Source of the DNA: Geodermatophilaceae bacterium
Lineage (GTDB): Bacteria > Actinomycetota > Actinomycetes > Mycobacteriales > Geodermatophilaceae
Direction of reading: 5' to 3'
NCBI GenBank assembly: GCA_013811975.1
Contig: JACCUF010000079.1
Coordinates: forward strand, 1-28,236
DNA length: 28,236 nt
The translations under genes and the position numbers were made by a program. The notes under the pieces are model-generated. The model was not told the origin of the DNA, searched no databases, and worked only from the letters and a program-made list of their open reading frames with translations. Positions 16,061 to 27,370 of this stretch are shown in pieces; position 1 is the first letter of the stretch; the number at the start of each line of letters is the position of its first letter.

Positions 16061-17191
16061 ATGAAGATCGCAGTGATCGCAGCCCCCTGGTTCACCGTTC
16101 CCCCCCACGGCTACGGCGGGGTCGAGAACGTATGCGCGGATCTGGTAGATGGTTTGTCAGCCCGCGGCCACGCCGTGACGCTGATCGGCGCCGGGGTGAG
16201 CGGGACTCCTGCGCGTTTTGTCGCCACGTATGCCGAACCGCCTAGTTCCAGACTCGGCGAGCCCCTGCCGGAGGTTTTCCATGCGGCCGCGGCGGCCCGG
16301 ATCCTGGACGATCTCGACGTCGATGTCGTGCACGACCACACCCTCGCGGGACCGCTGTTGGCCCGCGGCCGCGACATACCCACCATCGTCACGATGCACG
16401 GCCCGGTGGCCGGCGAGCCGGGTGAGTACTACCGCCTCTTGGGGAACACGATCGAGCTCGTCGCCATCTCGCAGGCGCAGCGTCGCGCCGCTCCCGACCT
16501 TCCCTGGGCTGGGACCGTGCACAACGCAGTCGATGTCACAACCTTCCCGTACCGCGAAGTCAAAGACGACATGCTGCTCTTCCTCGGTCGCCTGCACCCG
16601 GACAAGGCGGCTCACCTCGCAATCGATGCCGCACGGGCTGTCCGACTGCCGATCGTGGTGGCGGGTAAGTGCAGCGAACCGGTGGAAATCGAGTACTTCC
16701 GAAGCCAGATCGAGCCTCGGCTCGGGCCAGACGTGACGATCTTCGGCTCTGCGGATGCCACCGCCAAGCGCGACCTGCTGACCCGCGCTGCTGCCCTAAT
16801 GTTCCCCATCGTGTGGGACGAGCCGTTCGGCATGGTCATGATCGAGGCTATGGCCTGCGGCACGCCGGTCGTTGCGCTGCGCCGGGGCTCGGTCTCGGAG
16901 GTAGTCGTCGACGGCGTGACCGGAGTGATCTGCGATCGCCCGGAACAACTCCCTGACGCCATCCTCACCGCTCGCCGCCTGGATCCTGCAGACTGCCGCG
17001 AGCACGTCTTGACGCGCTTCGATGTTGCGACCATGGCCGAAAAGTACGAAGCGGTGTACCGCGACAGCCTCGCCGCTCGCCGGGCGACGCACGACACGCG
17101 CACTCGAGACACCTACCGCGGGTCGCGCGAGGGCCGTCAGTCCGGCATGAGACACGAGCGGGTCATATCGCCGGTCGGCGCCCGCGCGTAG
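16061..17191 (+). CDS. Glycosyltransferase family 4 (GT-B)
   Basis: Motifs MKIAVIAAPWFTVPP.GYGGVE, FLGRL.PDK and WDEPFGMVMIEAMACGTPVVA. Start placed at ATG 16061. Confidence 0.9.
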   Translation: MKIAVIAAPWFTVPPHGYGGVENVCADLVDGLSARGHAVTLIGAGVSGTPARFVATYAEPPSSRLGEPLPEVFHAAAAARILDDLDVDVVHDHTLAGPLLARGRDIPTIVTMHGPVAGEPGEYYRLLGNTIELVAISQAQRRAAPDLPWAGTVHNAVDVTTFPYREVKDDMLLFLGRLHPDKAAHLAIDAARAVRLPIVVAGKCSEPVEIEYFRSQIEPRLGPDVTIFGSADATAKRDLLTRAAALMFPIVWDEPFGMVMIEAMACGTPVVALRRGSVSEVVVDGVTGVICDRPEQLPDAILTARRLDPADCREHVLTRFDVATMAEKYEAVYRDSLAARRATHDTRTRDTYRGSREGRQSGMRHERVISPVGARA

Positions 17192-17205
17192 GAACGCGCG
17201 CGGGG

Positions 17206-18093
17206 TCAGCCGGTCGGAGCCGTCTGGCGGAGGTTCGCCCAGATCTCGCGGGTCGCGGTGGACCGGTTCAGCGTTATGAAGTGGATGCCGGGCGCGCCCT
17301 CGTCGAGCAACCGCTGGCATAGAGCGCTTGCCTGAGAGACCCCCTGTGCCCGCACGGCGTCCTTGTCCTGCGCGATCGGCTCGAAGGTTGCGGCCAGGGC
17401 CGGGGGGAACGGCGCTCCGGACAGCTTCGGGGCGCGCTCGATGGTGCCCATCGAGGTCACCGGCATGATGCCCGGAATGATCGGGACGTCGCAGCCCAGC
17501 ACCGAGACCCGGTCCCGTAGCCGCAGGTAGTCCTCGGCGTCGAAGAACATCTGGGTGATCGCGAAATCGGCGCCGGCCTGGACTTTCTGGACGAAGTACC
17601 GGGCGTCGCTGTGGATGTCTGCTGAGCGTGGGTGCTTGTACGGGAAGGCGGCCACACCGACACAAAAGTCACCGGCGCGGCGCACGATGCCCACCAACTC
17701 GTCGGCGTACTCGATGCCCTTTGGATGTTTGATCCAAGTAGCCGATGGATCACCTGGCGGATCACCTCGAATCGCCAGGATGTTGCGAACTCCAACGGCC
17801 GCGAATCCTCCGATGACGTTGCGCAGTTCTGCGACGCTGTGATTGACCGCGGTGAGATGAGCCATCGGCAGCATCGTGGTCTGGGTGGCGATCCGTTCGG
17901 TAACCCGAACGGTGCCCTCGCGCGTCGTACCGCCCGCACCGTATGTCACCGACACGAACGAAGGGCGCAGCCGCTCCAGTTCGCGCAGCGTGCGCCACAG
18001 GACCGCTTCGCTGCCCTCATCCTTGGGCGGGAAGAACTCGAAGGAGAAGGTCGGTTCGCCCGCGGCCAACTGATCACGCACGGTCCCGGGCAT
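17206..18093 (-). CDS. metF: 5,10-methylenetetrahydrofolate reductase
   Basis: Motifs [46 protein letters not shown] and GIHFITLN. Confidence 0.95.
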   Translation of the reverse strand: MPGTVRDQLAAGEPTFSFEFFPPKDEGSEAVLWRTLRELERLRPSFVSVTYGAGGTTREGTVRVTERIATQTTMLPMAHLTAVNHSVAELRNVIGGFAAVGVRNILAIRGDPPGDPSATWIKHPKGIEYADELVGIVRRAGDFCVGVAAFPYKHPRSADIHSDARYFVQKVQAGADFAITQMFFDAEDYLRLRDRVSVLGCDVPIIPGIMPVTSMGTIERAPKLSGAPFPPALAATFEPIAQDKDAVRAQGVSQASALCQRLLDEGAPGIHFITLNRSTATREIWANLRQTAPTG

Positions 18094-18163
18094 GATCCGA
18101 GTTTAGGGGGTCCGGACGCGACCACGAGGGAACCTCTGGGCTCGTGGCCGATACTGCGTAGTC

Positions 18164-19324
18164 GTGACGTCCTCCCCAACGAACCCCACACCTGCCGACC
18201 TGCTGGATCGGAACTCCCTTCGCGAGCGAGTCGAGATCGAACTCGCCGCCTTCCTCGATCGAAAGGTGGCCGATCTCGGCACCATCGATCCCGATCTCAC
18301 GCCGGTCGGCGAGGCGATCTGTGACCTTGTTCTCGAGGGAGGCAAGCGGCTGCGGCCGGCCTTCGTCTACTGGGGGTGGCGCGGTGCGCTCGACGCCGTC
18401 TCCCACGATGACGCGACCGACCGGGCGGCCAACCCCGACCGGGACGACGACACAGTGGTACGGGCGGCTGCATCTCTCGAACTGGTCCAGGCAGGGGCAC
18501 TCATCCACGACGACGTGATGGACCGAGCGTCTACCCGCCGCGGCCAGCCGGCGCTGCACGTGCGGTTCGCCGATATGCACATTGAGAACCGTTGGGCCGG
18601 AACGGCAACCGGCTTCGGCCAGGGTGTGGCCATTATCGCTGGGGACATCGCGTTGACTTGGGCCCAGGAGATGATCCGCACCGCCGGACTCGACGACGCG
18701 GCGATCACCAGGGTCGCCCCTGCCTATGACGCGATGCGCCTGGAAGTCATGGCCGGGCAGTACCTCGACCTAAGGGGACAGGTGGACTCCCGACGTCCTG
18801 ACGCGGAGGCGCTGGCGGCGGCTTGGCGTACGGCTCGGTACAAGTCGGCCTGTTACACCGTGCAGCGCCCACTGCACATCGGCGCACTGATCGGCGGCAC
18901 CCATGCTCCTGAGGGACCGCTGCTCAAGACCTACTCCGAGTACGGGTTCGCCCTGGGTGAGGCATTTCAATTGCGCGATGACGTGCTGGGTGTTTTCGGG
19001 GACCCCGAGCAGACGGGCAAGCCCGCCGGCGACGATCTGCGCGAGGGCAAGCAGACGCTCTTGGTGGTTCTCGCCCGCAAGCGAGCCAGTGCCAACGCGC
19101 GGGATCTGTTCCAGCGGTTGATCGGCCGCCCTGACCTGTCCGGGATGGACATCGACCAGCTCCGCATGGTCATCGAAGGGTCTGGCGCCCTCGCCGAGGT
19201 CGAAGTGCTGATCGCCCAGCGGCTCGACGCCGCGCTGACCGCTTTGGCCGAGGGAGCGGTCGGTGGCGAACCCCGGGAGGTTCTCGAGCAACTGGCCACC
19301 ACACTGACCGCCCGGGACCGGTGA
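18164..19324 (+). CDS. Polyprenyl diphosphate (GGPP) synthase, IdsA-like
   Basis: Motifs GGKRLRP, LIHDDVMD..TRRG (first Asp-rich motif), GQYLD, FQLRDDVLGVFGD (second Asp-rich motif) and GDDLREGK. Confidence 0.92.
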   Translation: MTSSPTNPTPADLLDRNSLRERVEIELAAFLDRKVADLGTIDPDLTPVGEAICDLVLEGGKRLRPAFVYWGWRGALDAVSHDDATDRAANPDRDDDTVVRAAASLELVQAGALIHDDVMDRASTRRGQPALHVRFADMHIENRWAGTATGFGQGVAIIAGDIALTWAQEMIRTAGLDDAAITRVAPAYDAMRLEVMAGQYLDLRGQVDSRRPDAEALAAAWRTARYKSACYTVQRPLHIGALIGGTHAPEGPLLKTYSEYGFALGEAFQLRDDVLGVFGDPEQTGKPAGDDLREGKQTLLVVLARKRASANARDLFQRLIGRPDLSGMDIDQLRMVIEGSGALAEVEVLIAQRLDAALTALAEGAVGGEPREVLEQLATTLTARDR

Positions 19325-19334
19325 TCCGCTGAGG

Positions 19335-19658
19335 CTAGAACGCCATGGCTTGGGCGCGCCGATTCACTTCATGGTGTCGCTTCTCATGCAGGGCGTCGAT
19401 CGGCATGCCCGGCAACGTGTCGTCCTCGGTGAACAGCCACCTGACGGCCTCGGCATCGCTGTAGCCCCCGTCGCGGAGGACGGTCAGGACGCCGCCCAGG
19501 TGGGTGAGGATCCCCTCGTCGTCGAAGAACGCTGCCGGCACGAGGGGAGCCCCCTCGCTCTCCACTGTGGCCAGCACTCGGTCGCGAATGAGCTGGCGCA
19601 CCCGGTTGACCCGGATCCCTAGCCGCTGGGCCACCTCGGGCAGGGTCAACAGATCCAT
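19335..19658 (-). CDS. Rv2175c-family DNA-binding protein
   Basis: N-terminal HTH LTLPEVAQRLG..V.RV.QLIRD, then VPAAFF, L.GVLTVL.DGGYSD.EA..WLFT.DDTL.G.PIDAL and EV.RRAQAMAF. Confidence 0.9.
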   Translation of the reverse strand: MDLLTLPEVAQRLGIRVNRVRQLIRDRVLATVESEGAPLVPAAFFDDEGILTHLGGVLTVLRDGGYSDAEAVRWLFTEDDTLPGMPIDALHEKRHHEVNRRAQAMAF

Positions 19659-19674
19659 AGGCTGCACCCTATGG
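19655..19674. promoter_or_regulatory. Overlapping bidirectional -10 elements for two leaderless divergent genes
   Basis: CCATAGG-CTGCAC-CCTATGG. Plus strand: TAGGCT, 7 nt, ATG 19671. Minus strand: TAGGGT, 7 nt, ATG 19658. Confidence 0.65.
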
Positions 19675-20840
19675 CTGACTCCGAACCGGTTGCCGCCGGA
19701 CTCCCCATCCAGCGCGAAGCAGAGTGCGTCGTCGACGATCTGACCGGAGCCGCTCTCGAAGCCCGTGCCCGCCAGTTGCTCCCGCGCGCGGTCTATGACT
19801 ATTACGCCGGGGGATCAGAGACGGAGACCACGCTGCACGAGGCACCCCTGGCCTGGCACCGGTGGCGACTGCGCCCGCGGATGCTGAGCGGTGTTGCGGC
19901 CCCCGACCTGACCACCACACTCCTCGGGACACCAGTGTCCAGCCCGATCGGCGTACCCCCCTGGGCGCTACAGCGAATGGCGCACCCCGACGGCGAGCTA
20001 GCCACCGCCGCGGCCTGCGCCCGGGCGGGGACGTTGATGACCGTGTCCACGACGGCAACCGTGCCGCTGGCCCAGGTAGCCGCCGTGGCGCCGGACTCCG
20101 CCAAGTGGTTTCAGCTCTACCAGGTGCACGGCCCTGCGTACACCGACGACCTCGTACGCCGTGCCGCAGATGCCGGCTATCGGGCGCTGGTCCTCACCGT
20201 CGACCTCCCGATCCTGGGCCGGCGGCTGCGCGATATCGCGAACGACTTCCAACTCCCCGAGGGTTTGGTGATGGCCAACCACCCCGATCAGGCCGACATA
20301 CGATCAGACGCTGAGATGCCGGCGCCTCCAGTTGTGGGAAGCGGGGTGTCGGTGCGACGGCTGAGCCAGGCTCTGGACTCCGCAGACAAGACCCCGCCCT
20401 GGACCTACGCAGCCGTCGAGCACTTCGCCGGACTCACCGATCTCCCCGTCGTGGTCAAGGGCGTGCTCCGAGGAGACGATGCGGTGGGCTGTCTCGACGC
20501 CGGTGCATCCGCCGTGTGGGTGTCCACGCACGGCGGTCGGCAGGTCGATCGGGCCATCTCCAGTGCCGCGGCCCTGGTCGACGTCGTCTCCGCGGTGAGC
20601 GAGCGGGCCGAGGTCTATGTCGACGGAGGCATTCGATCCGGCACCGACGCCCTGGTCGCCTTGGTGCTGGGCGCCCGAGCGGTCTTCTGTGGTCGTCCGA
20701 TCATCTGGGGTCTGGCCACCGGCGGCGCGGACGGAGTCGCCGCCGTGCTGGCGAGGCTGCGCGCGGAACTCGTGCACTCCATGACGCTGTGCGGCGTCGC
20801 CTCGGTCGAGCGGGTACCCAGGGATTTGGTCACGATATGA
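19671..20840 (+). CDS. FMN-dependent alpha-hydroxy acid oxidase/dehydrogenase
   Basis: Motifs YDYYAGG, HPDGE, WFQLY, LTVD.P, VVKG, VSTHGGRQVD, DGGIRSG.D and GRP..WGLA. Confidence 0.92.
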   Translation: MADSEPVAAGLPIQREAECVVDDLTGAALEARARQLLPRAVYDYYAGGSETETTLHEAPLAWHRWRLRPRMLSGVAAPDLTTTLLGTPVSSPIGVPPWALQRMAHPDGELATAAACARAGTLMTVSTTATVPLAQVAAVAPDSAKWFQLYQVHGPAYTDDLVRRAADAGYRALVLTVDLPILGRRLRDIANDFQLPEGLVMANHPDQADIRSDAEMPAPPVVGSGVSVRRLSQALDSADKTPPWTYAAVEHFAGLTDLPVVVKGVLRGDDAVGCLDAGASAVWVSTHGGRQVDRAISSAAALVDVVSAVSERAEVYVDGGIRSGTDALVALVLGARAVFCGRPIIWGLATGGADGVAAVLARLRAELVHSMTLCGVASVERVPRDLVTI

Positions 20841-20892
20841 CCGAGCGAGTCGCGCAGGGTCCGGTGCCGGATCAGCCGTAAACTGGCTGGTC

Positions 20893-22893
20893 GTGGAGAC
20901 GACGCTGCTGGACCCGGTGGTCGGTCTCGTGCTCGAGGGGCGTTACCGCGTCGAGCGCCGGCTGGCTCGCGGCGGCATGTCCACCGTGTACGAGGGCACC
21001 GATCTCCGCCTGGACCGCCGCGTGGCGATCAAGGTGATGGCCGAGGCCCTGGCCAGCGACCCGTCCTTTCTGGCCAGTTTCAACCGCGAAGCCCGCTCCG
21101 CGGCGCGCCTGTCGCATCTCAATGTCGTCTCGGTCAGCGATCAGGGCGAGGACGACGGCTTCGTCTTTCTCGTCATGGAACTCGTCCGCGGCCAGACGCT
21201 GCGTGAAGTCATCCATCAGAACGGGCGACTGAGTCCCGAACAGGCCTTCGCCGTGCTGGCCCCCACGCTGTCCGGGCTGTCGGCTGCCCATCGGACCGGG
21301 CTGATCCACCGCGATGTCAAGCCGGAGAACATCCTGCTGTCCAGCGACGGCGTGGTGAAGGTAGCTGATTTCGGGCTGGCCAGGGCAGTCGCGGGAACCG
21401 GGACGACATCGGTGACCAGCGGCGTACTACTGGGCACGATCGCCTACCTAGCACCGGAACAGATCGAGCGGGGCAGCGCGGATGCCCGCAGCGACGTGTA
21501 CGCCGCCGGCATCGTCTTGTACGAGATGCTGACCGGGAAGCCGCCTTACTCCGGGGACAGCGCGCTGTCGGTGGCCTACCAGCACGTCAACAACGACGTG
21601 CCGTTGCCCTCGAGCAGGGTGCCGGGCATCCCGGTCGAAATAGACGAGCTGGTCCGCTCGGCGACCCGTCGTGACCCGGCTGCGCGGCCGTTGGATGCCG
21701 GGGCCTTCTTGGCCGAACTCTTCGACGTGAGCACCGATCTGGCAATGACTCGGGTCACCGTGCCGGTCCCTCATCGCGAAAGCCCGCGTCCCGCCCACCC
21801 GGCATCGAATCCGCAGCAGGATCATGGCGATCCTGGCTCCACGAAACCGCACAGCGCGCGAGCCTCTCATACGTACCGGACGGCGGTGCTCGGTACTGCC
21901 ACGGGTCGATCCGCGGCTCAGCGGTCGACGAGCCCGGACACGTCGGTGCAAGGGGTCATGGCTCGGCCGATGACCGGTCGCCGGCCAGGGTCCGATGGGC
22001 CGGCCCGGCGACAACGTCGCAACGGCAGGATCGTCCTGGCCCTGATCCTTGTTCTTGCCGCAATTGCGGGTGGCATCGGCTGGTGGTACGGATCTGGCCG
22101 ATACACCGAGGCCCCGAACGTGGTCGGATTCGCCGAAGCCGCCGCGGTCGATGCAGTTCAGGATGCCGGGCTGGATCCGATCATCACGGAAGTCTTCAGT
22201 GAGACCGTCGCCGACGACAAGGTGATCTCGGCCGATCCCGAAGCGGGGGCCGAGATCATGCGTGGGAGCACGGTCAGCCTCCAGGTTTCCAAAGGCCTGG
22301 AGCGATTCGTCGTGGACGAGGCACTGATCGGCCAGCCCGAGGCTGACGTGAGAGCCGCGCTGGTCGACGTGCCGATCGCCGTCGTTCCAACCGAGGGCTT
22401 CCATGAAGAAGTGCCCGCCGGGTCGGTCTTCGGCTTCGAGCCGCCTGCCGGGACCGAACTTCGTCGTGATGAGCAGGTCACGATGCTCGTCAGCGTCGGC
22501 CCGGAGCCGCGCGCCATCCCCCAAGTCGCCGGTGCAACGCAGGAGGAAGCTCAAGCCGCGTTGGCGGCGTTGGGTTTCGTTGTGGACGTGCGCGAAGAGT
22601 TCAACAGCGATGTAGTCGCGGGTATTGCACTCGGCACCGAGCCTGCGGCTGACGCGGGCCCGCAGGCATTCGGCGCCACGATCGTCCTGGTGGTCTCGAA
22701 GGGACCGGATCTGGTGGCCGTGCCCAACGTCATCGGCAAGGACCGTGACACCGCGATCGCCGAACTGCAGGTTGCTGGATTCGTCGCTGAAGCGACGTCC
22801 TTCCTCGGCGATCGAGTCAGCCAGCAGAGCCCCGGTCCGGACGAGTTGGCCGAGCGTGGTTCGACGGTCAGCATCCTGCTCAGCTTCTTCTGA
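20893..22893 (+). CDS. pknL: Ser/Thr protein kinase with extracellular PASTA domains (PknL/Stk1 family)
   Basis: Motifs LARGGMSTVY, VAIK, HRDVKPEN, DFGLARA and YLAPEQ; one transmembrane segment (IVLALILVLAAIAGGIGWW); about 4 PASTA repeats. Near an Rv2175c-like gene, as for mycobacterial pknL. Confidence 0.85.
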   Translation: METTLLDPVVGLVLEGRYRVERRLARGGMSTVYEGTDLRLDRRVAIKVMAEALASDPSFLASFNREARSAARLSHLNVVSVSDQGEDDGFVFLVMELVRGQTLREVIHQNGRLSPEQAFAVLAPTLSGLSAAHRTGLIHRDVKPENILLSSDGVVKVADFGLARAVAGTGTTSVTSGVLLGTIAYLAPEQIERGSADARSDVYAAGIVLYEMLTGKPPYSGDSALSVAYQHVNNDVPLPSSRVPGIPVEIDELVRSATRRDPAARPLDAGAFLAELFDVSTDLAMTRVTVPVPHRESPRPAHPASNPQQDHGDPGSTKPHSARASHTYRTAVLGTATGRSAAQRSTSPDTSVQGVMARPMTGRRPGSDGPARRQRRNGRIVLALILVLAAIAGGIGWWYGSGRYTEAPNVVGFAEAAAVDAVQDAGLDPIITEVFSETVADDKVISADPEAGAEIMRGSTVSLQVSKGLERFVVDEALIGQPEADVRAALVDVPIAVVPTEGFHEEVPAGSVFGFEPPAGTELRRDEQVTMLVSVGPEPRAIPQVAGATQEEAQAALAALGFVVDVREEFNSDVVAGIALGTEPAADAGPQAFGATIVLVVSKGPDLVAVPNVIGKDRDTAIAELQVAGFVAEATSFLGDRVSQQSPGPDELAERGSTVSILLSFF

Positions 22894-22898
22894 TCGCA

Positions 22899-23053
22899 CG
22901 CGTCAGCGGGCTCGGACTCTTGTCGGAACCCCCACACCCCGACGAAGCGCAACCCGCAACGCTGGCCGGGGAGTACCCGCGTCAGCGGGCTCGGACTCTT
23001 GTCGGAACCCCCACACACCCCGACGAAGCGCAACCCGCAACGCTGGCCGGGGA
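22899..23053. repeat. Tandem direct repeat, two copies of 74 and 76 bp, between convergent genes
   Basis: CGCGTCAGCGGG...GCTGGCCGGGGA at 22899-22972 and 22978-23053. The copies are identical except for a 2-nt insertion in copy 2 and are separated by GTACC. Confidence 0.95.
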
Positions 23054-23062
23054 AGGTGATAG

Positions 23063-25466
<2,404 letters not shown>

Positions 25467-26246
25467 TCAAGCCCCCGGCGGTCGGTAGCTCAGAGCCTGC
25501 GGGAAGGCTCCTCGGGAAAGCAGTTGAGCCGCGCCGTCGCGCAGGGCCGCGGCGGCCATCCCGAGCGAACCGGGACCCACCGAGACGCGGGCCACGCCCA
25601 GTCGAGCGAGTTCGCTCAGCGGGAGTGCTTTCGGCGACCCGATCAACGAGAGCCGGCCTTCGAAGGCCGCGACCAGCGCAGCGACGTCTGCAGAGGTGCC
25701 GGCACCGGGTACGAAGATGCAGTCGGCTCCGGCCTCGAGATAGGCACGTCCGGCTGCAATCGCCCGGCCGAGGTTCTTCTCGCCGAGCAGGTACTCGTCG
25801 GTCCGGGCGTTGATCACGAAGTGGATTCCTGCAGCCTCACCCGCGGCACGAGCGGCAGCGACAGCCCGGGCGTGTTCGGCGGCCGGCAACAAGTGGTCCT
25901 CGAGGTTTCCACCGACCGCGCCTGCCTGGATGGCCGCGGTCACGGTCGCGCCAGCGTCGCCGTACCCGGCCTCCAGGTCCGCAGTGACCGGAAGATCGAC
26001 GACAGCGGCGATCAGCCGGATCGCTGCGATCATCTCCGCAACGGGGATCTGCTCCCCGTCGGCGTACCCGTGGGCGGCCGCAATCGAGTGCGAGGCAGTG
26101 GCGATTGCCTGACAACCAGGCGACTCGGCAACGACACGGGCGCTCCAAGCATCCCAGGTGTTGACCAGGATCAACGGATCACCAGGGCGGTGCGCAGCAA
26201 GCAGCGCGTCCGCCTTGGCAGCAAGGGCAGTGCGATCGGTCGTCAT
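25467..26246 (-). CDS. Isocitrate lyase/PEP mutase superfamily protein (second paralog)
   Basis: Motifs VNTWDAWSA, TASHSIA, TADLEAGYG, GGNLED, INARTD, AGADCIFVPG and GVARVSVGP. Confidence 0.85.
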   Translation of the reverse strand: MTTDRTALAAKADALLAAHRPGDPLILVNTWDAWSARVVAESPGCQAIATASHSIAAAHGYADGEQIPVAEMIAAIRLIAAVVDLPVTADLEAGYGDAGATVTAAIQAGAVGGNLEDHLLPAAEHARAVAAARAAGEAAGIHFVINARTDEYLLGEKNLGRAIAAGRAYLEAGADCIFVPGAGTSADVAALVAAFEGRLSLIGSPKALPLSELARLGVARVSVGPGSLGMAAAALRDGAAQLLSRGAFPQALSYRPPGA

Positions 26247-26337
26247 CTCAGCATCCTCACGATCAGATTTCGGTGATCTTGACTTTATGGTGGTTTCTAG
26301 ACCTCTGACACGGCGTGTCGCCGCAATAAGGTCGAGA

Positions 26338-27267
26338 TCACCACGCGGAGTCGTCCGAGGAGCGGCCAGTGGTGCGCGCGATGCCGTCGATCACAGTCGG
26401 CCAGGTCCACCGGGCCAGGTCATGGCCCATGTCGGCGATCTCGAGCAGTTCCGCGCCCGGGATCGCCGAAGCCGTCGCCCGGCCGCCCGATGGCTGGATG
26501 ATCCGGTCCCGGTCACCGTGGATGACCAGTGCTGGAATCCGCAGTCGCCCGAGGTCGGCCCGGCGGTCGCGCTCGTTGAGAATGGCGGCCAGTTGCCGGC
26601 CGGAGTCGTCGCCTGCGCCACGGCGCATCGACCGGCGTAGGGCGACCCGTACGTCATCGTCGTCCTGCTCGGTACGGCCGATGGAGCCGATCCGCCCGAA
26701 TGCGGCGACCAGTCCCTCCACCGGGTCAGTCGAGGGAGGACGGATGAACTCGACCAGCATCCGCTTGGCGACGGTACCGCTGCGGCCGTCCCCTGGACGG
26801 CCCATGATCGAGACCAGCGAACGGGTACGGGCCGGATGCCTGATCGCGACCTCCTGGGCGATCAGCGAGCCGAGCGAGACCCCGACCACGTGCGCGCCGT
26901 CCGGTGCCACCTGCTCGATCAAGCCTGCCGTGTCGTCGGCCATCTCACCCAGGCTGTACGTCGCGGTAGCGCGCCGGCGCAGGAAGCCCAGCGCTGACAC
27001 GCCCGGACCTGGGACGCGTGTGGAACGCCCTACGTCGCGGTTGTCGAAGCGCACCACCCGCATCCCGCGCCGAACCAGTTCCGTGCAGAAATCGTCGCGC
27101 CACCAGATCATCTGCAAGCCGAGACCCATGATGAGCACAACCGTGTGCTGGGCGTCCGGGTCGCCGATCGCTTCGTAACACAGCGAGATGTCGCCGACCT
27201 GACAGAACTGCTCGCCGGTGGTGGGCACGGCGGTCCGGCCAGACGGGGTCACCTGTAGCGTTCGCAT
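26338..27267 (-). CDS. Alpha/beta fold hydrolase
   Basis: Motifs LIMGLG, RFDNRDVGRS, GVSLG (nucleophile Ser), HGDRD (acid) and MGHDL (His). Start placed at ATG 27267. Confidence 0.88.
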   Translation of the reverse strand: MRTLQVTPSGRTAVPTTGEQFCQVGDISLCYEAIGDPDAQHTVVLIMGLGLQMIWWRDDFCTELVRRGMRVVRFDNRDVGRSTRVPGPGVSALGFLRRRATATYSLGEMADDTAGLIEQVAPDGAHVVGVSLGSLIAQEVAIRHPARTRSLVSIMGRPGDGRSGTVAKRMLVEFIRPPSTDPVEGLVAAFGRIGSIGRTEQDDDDVRVALRRSMRRGAGDDSGRQLAAILNERDRRADLGRLRIPALVIHGDRDRIIQPSGGRATASAIPGAELLEIADMGHDLARWTWPTVIDGIARTTGRSSDDSAW

Positions 27268-27370
27268 CGAGGGCCGACTGGGTTCGCGCTCGAGACCGGT
27301 CAAGCTGGCAGCGGCGCTGGCCGTCCAGCGCTGCCCGCCGGGAACGCCATCTATCAACGCACGCCCAGCA

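Noticed and set aside
18094-18163. SAM or cobalamin riboswitch upstream of metF
   Set aside because: The gap is only 70 bp and is shared with a divergent gene. The -10 position implies a leaderless metF mRNA. Only a 7-bp hairpin (18122-18147) is present.
21448-22899. 483-aa minus-strand ORF antisense to the kinase (likewise 2286-3233 and 10459-11514)
   Set aside because: Antisense shadows of well-supported genes, with no domain signatures.
22899-23053. Possible CRISPR array
   Set aside because: Only two units, 74-76 bp long, with a 5-bp gap, no unique spacers and no cas genes.
26291-26306. DasR/GntR-like operator (AGAGGTCTAGAAACCA on the minus strand)
   Set aside because: Only about 11 of 16 positions match the dre consensus, the dyad is broken, and there are no amino-sugar genes nearby.
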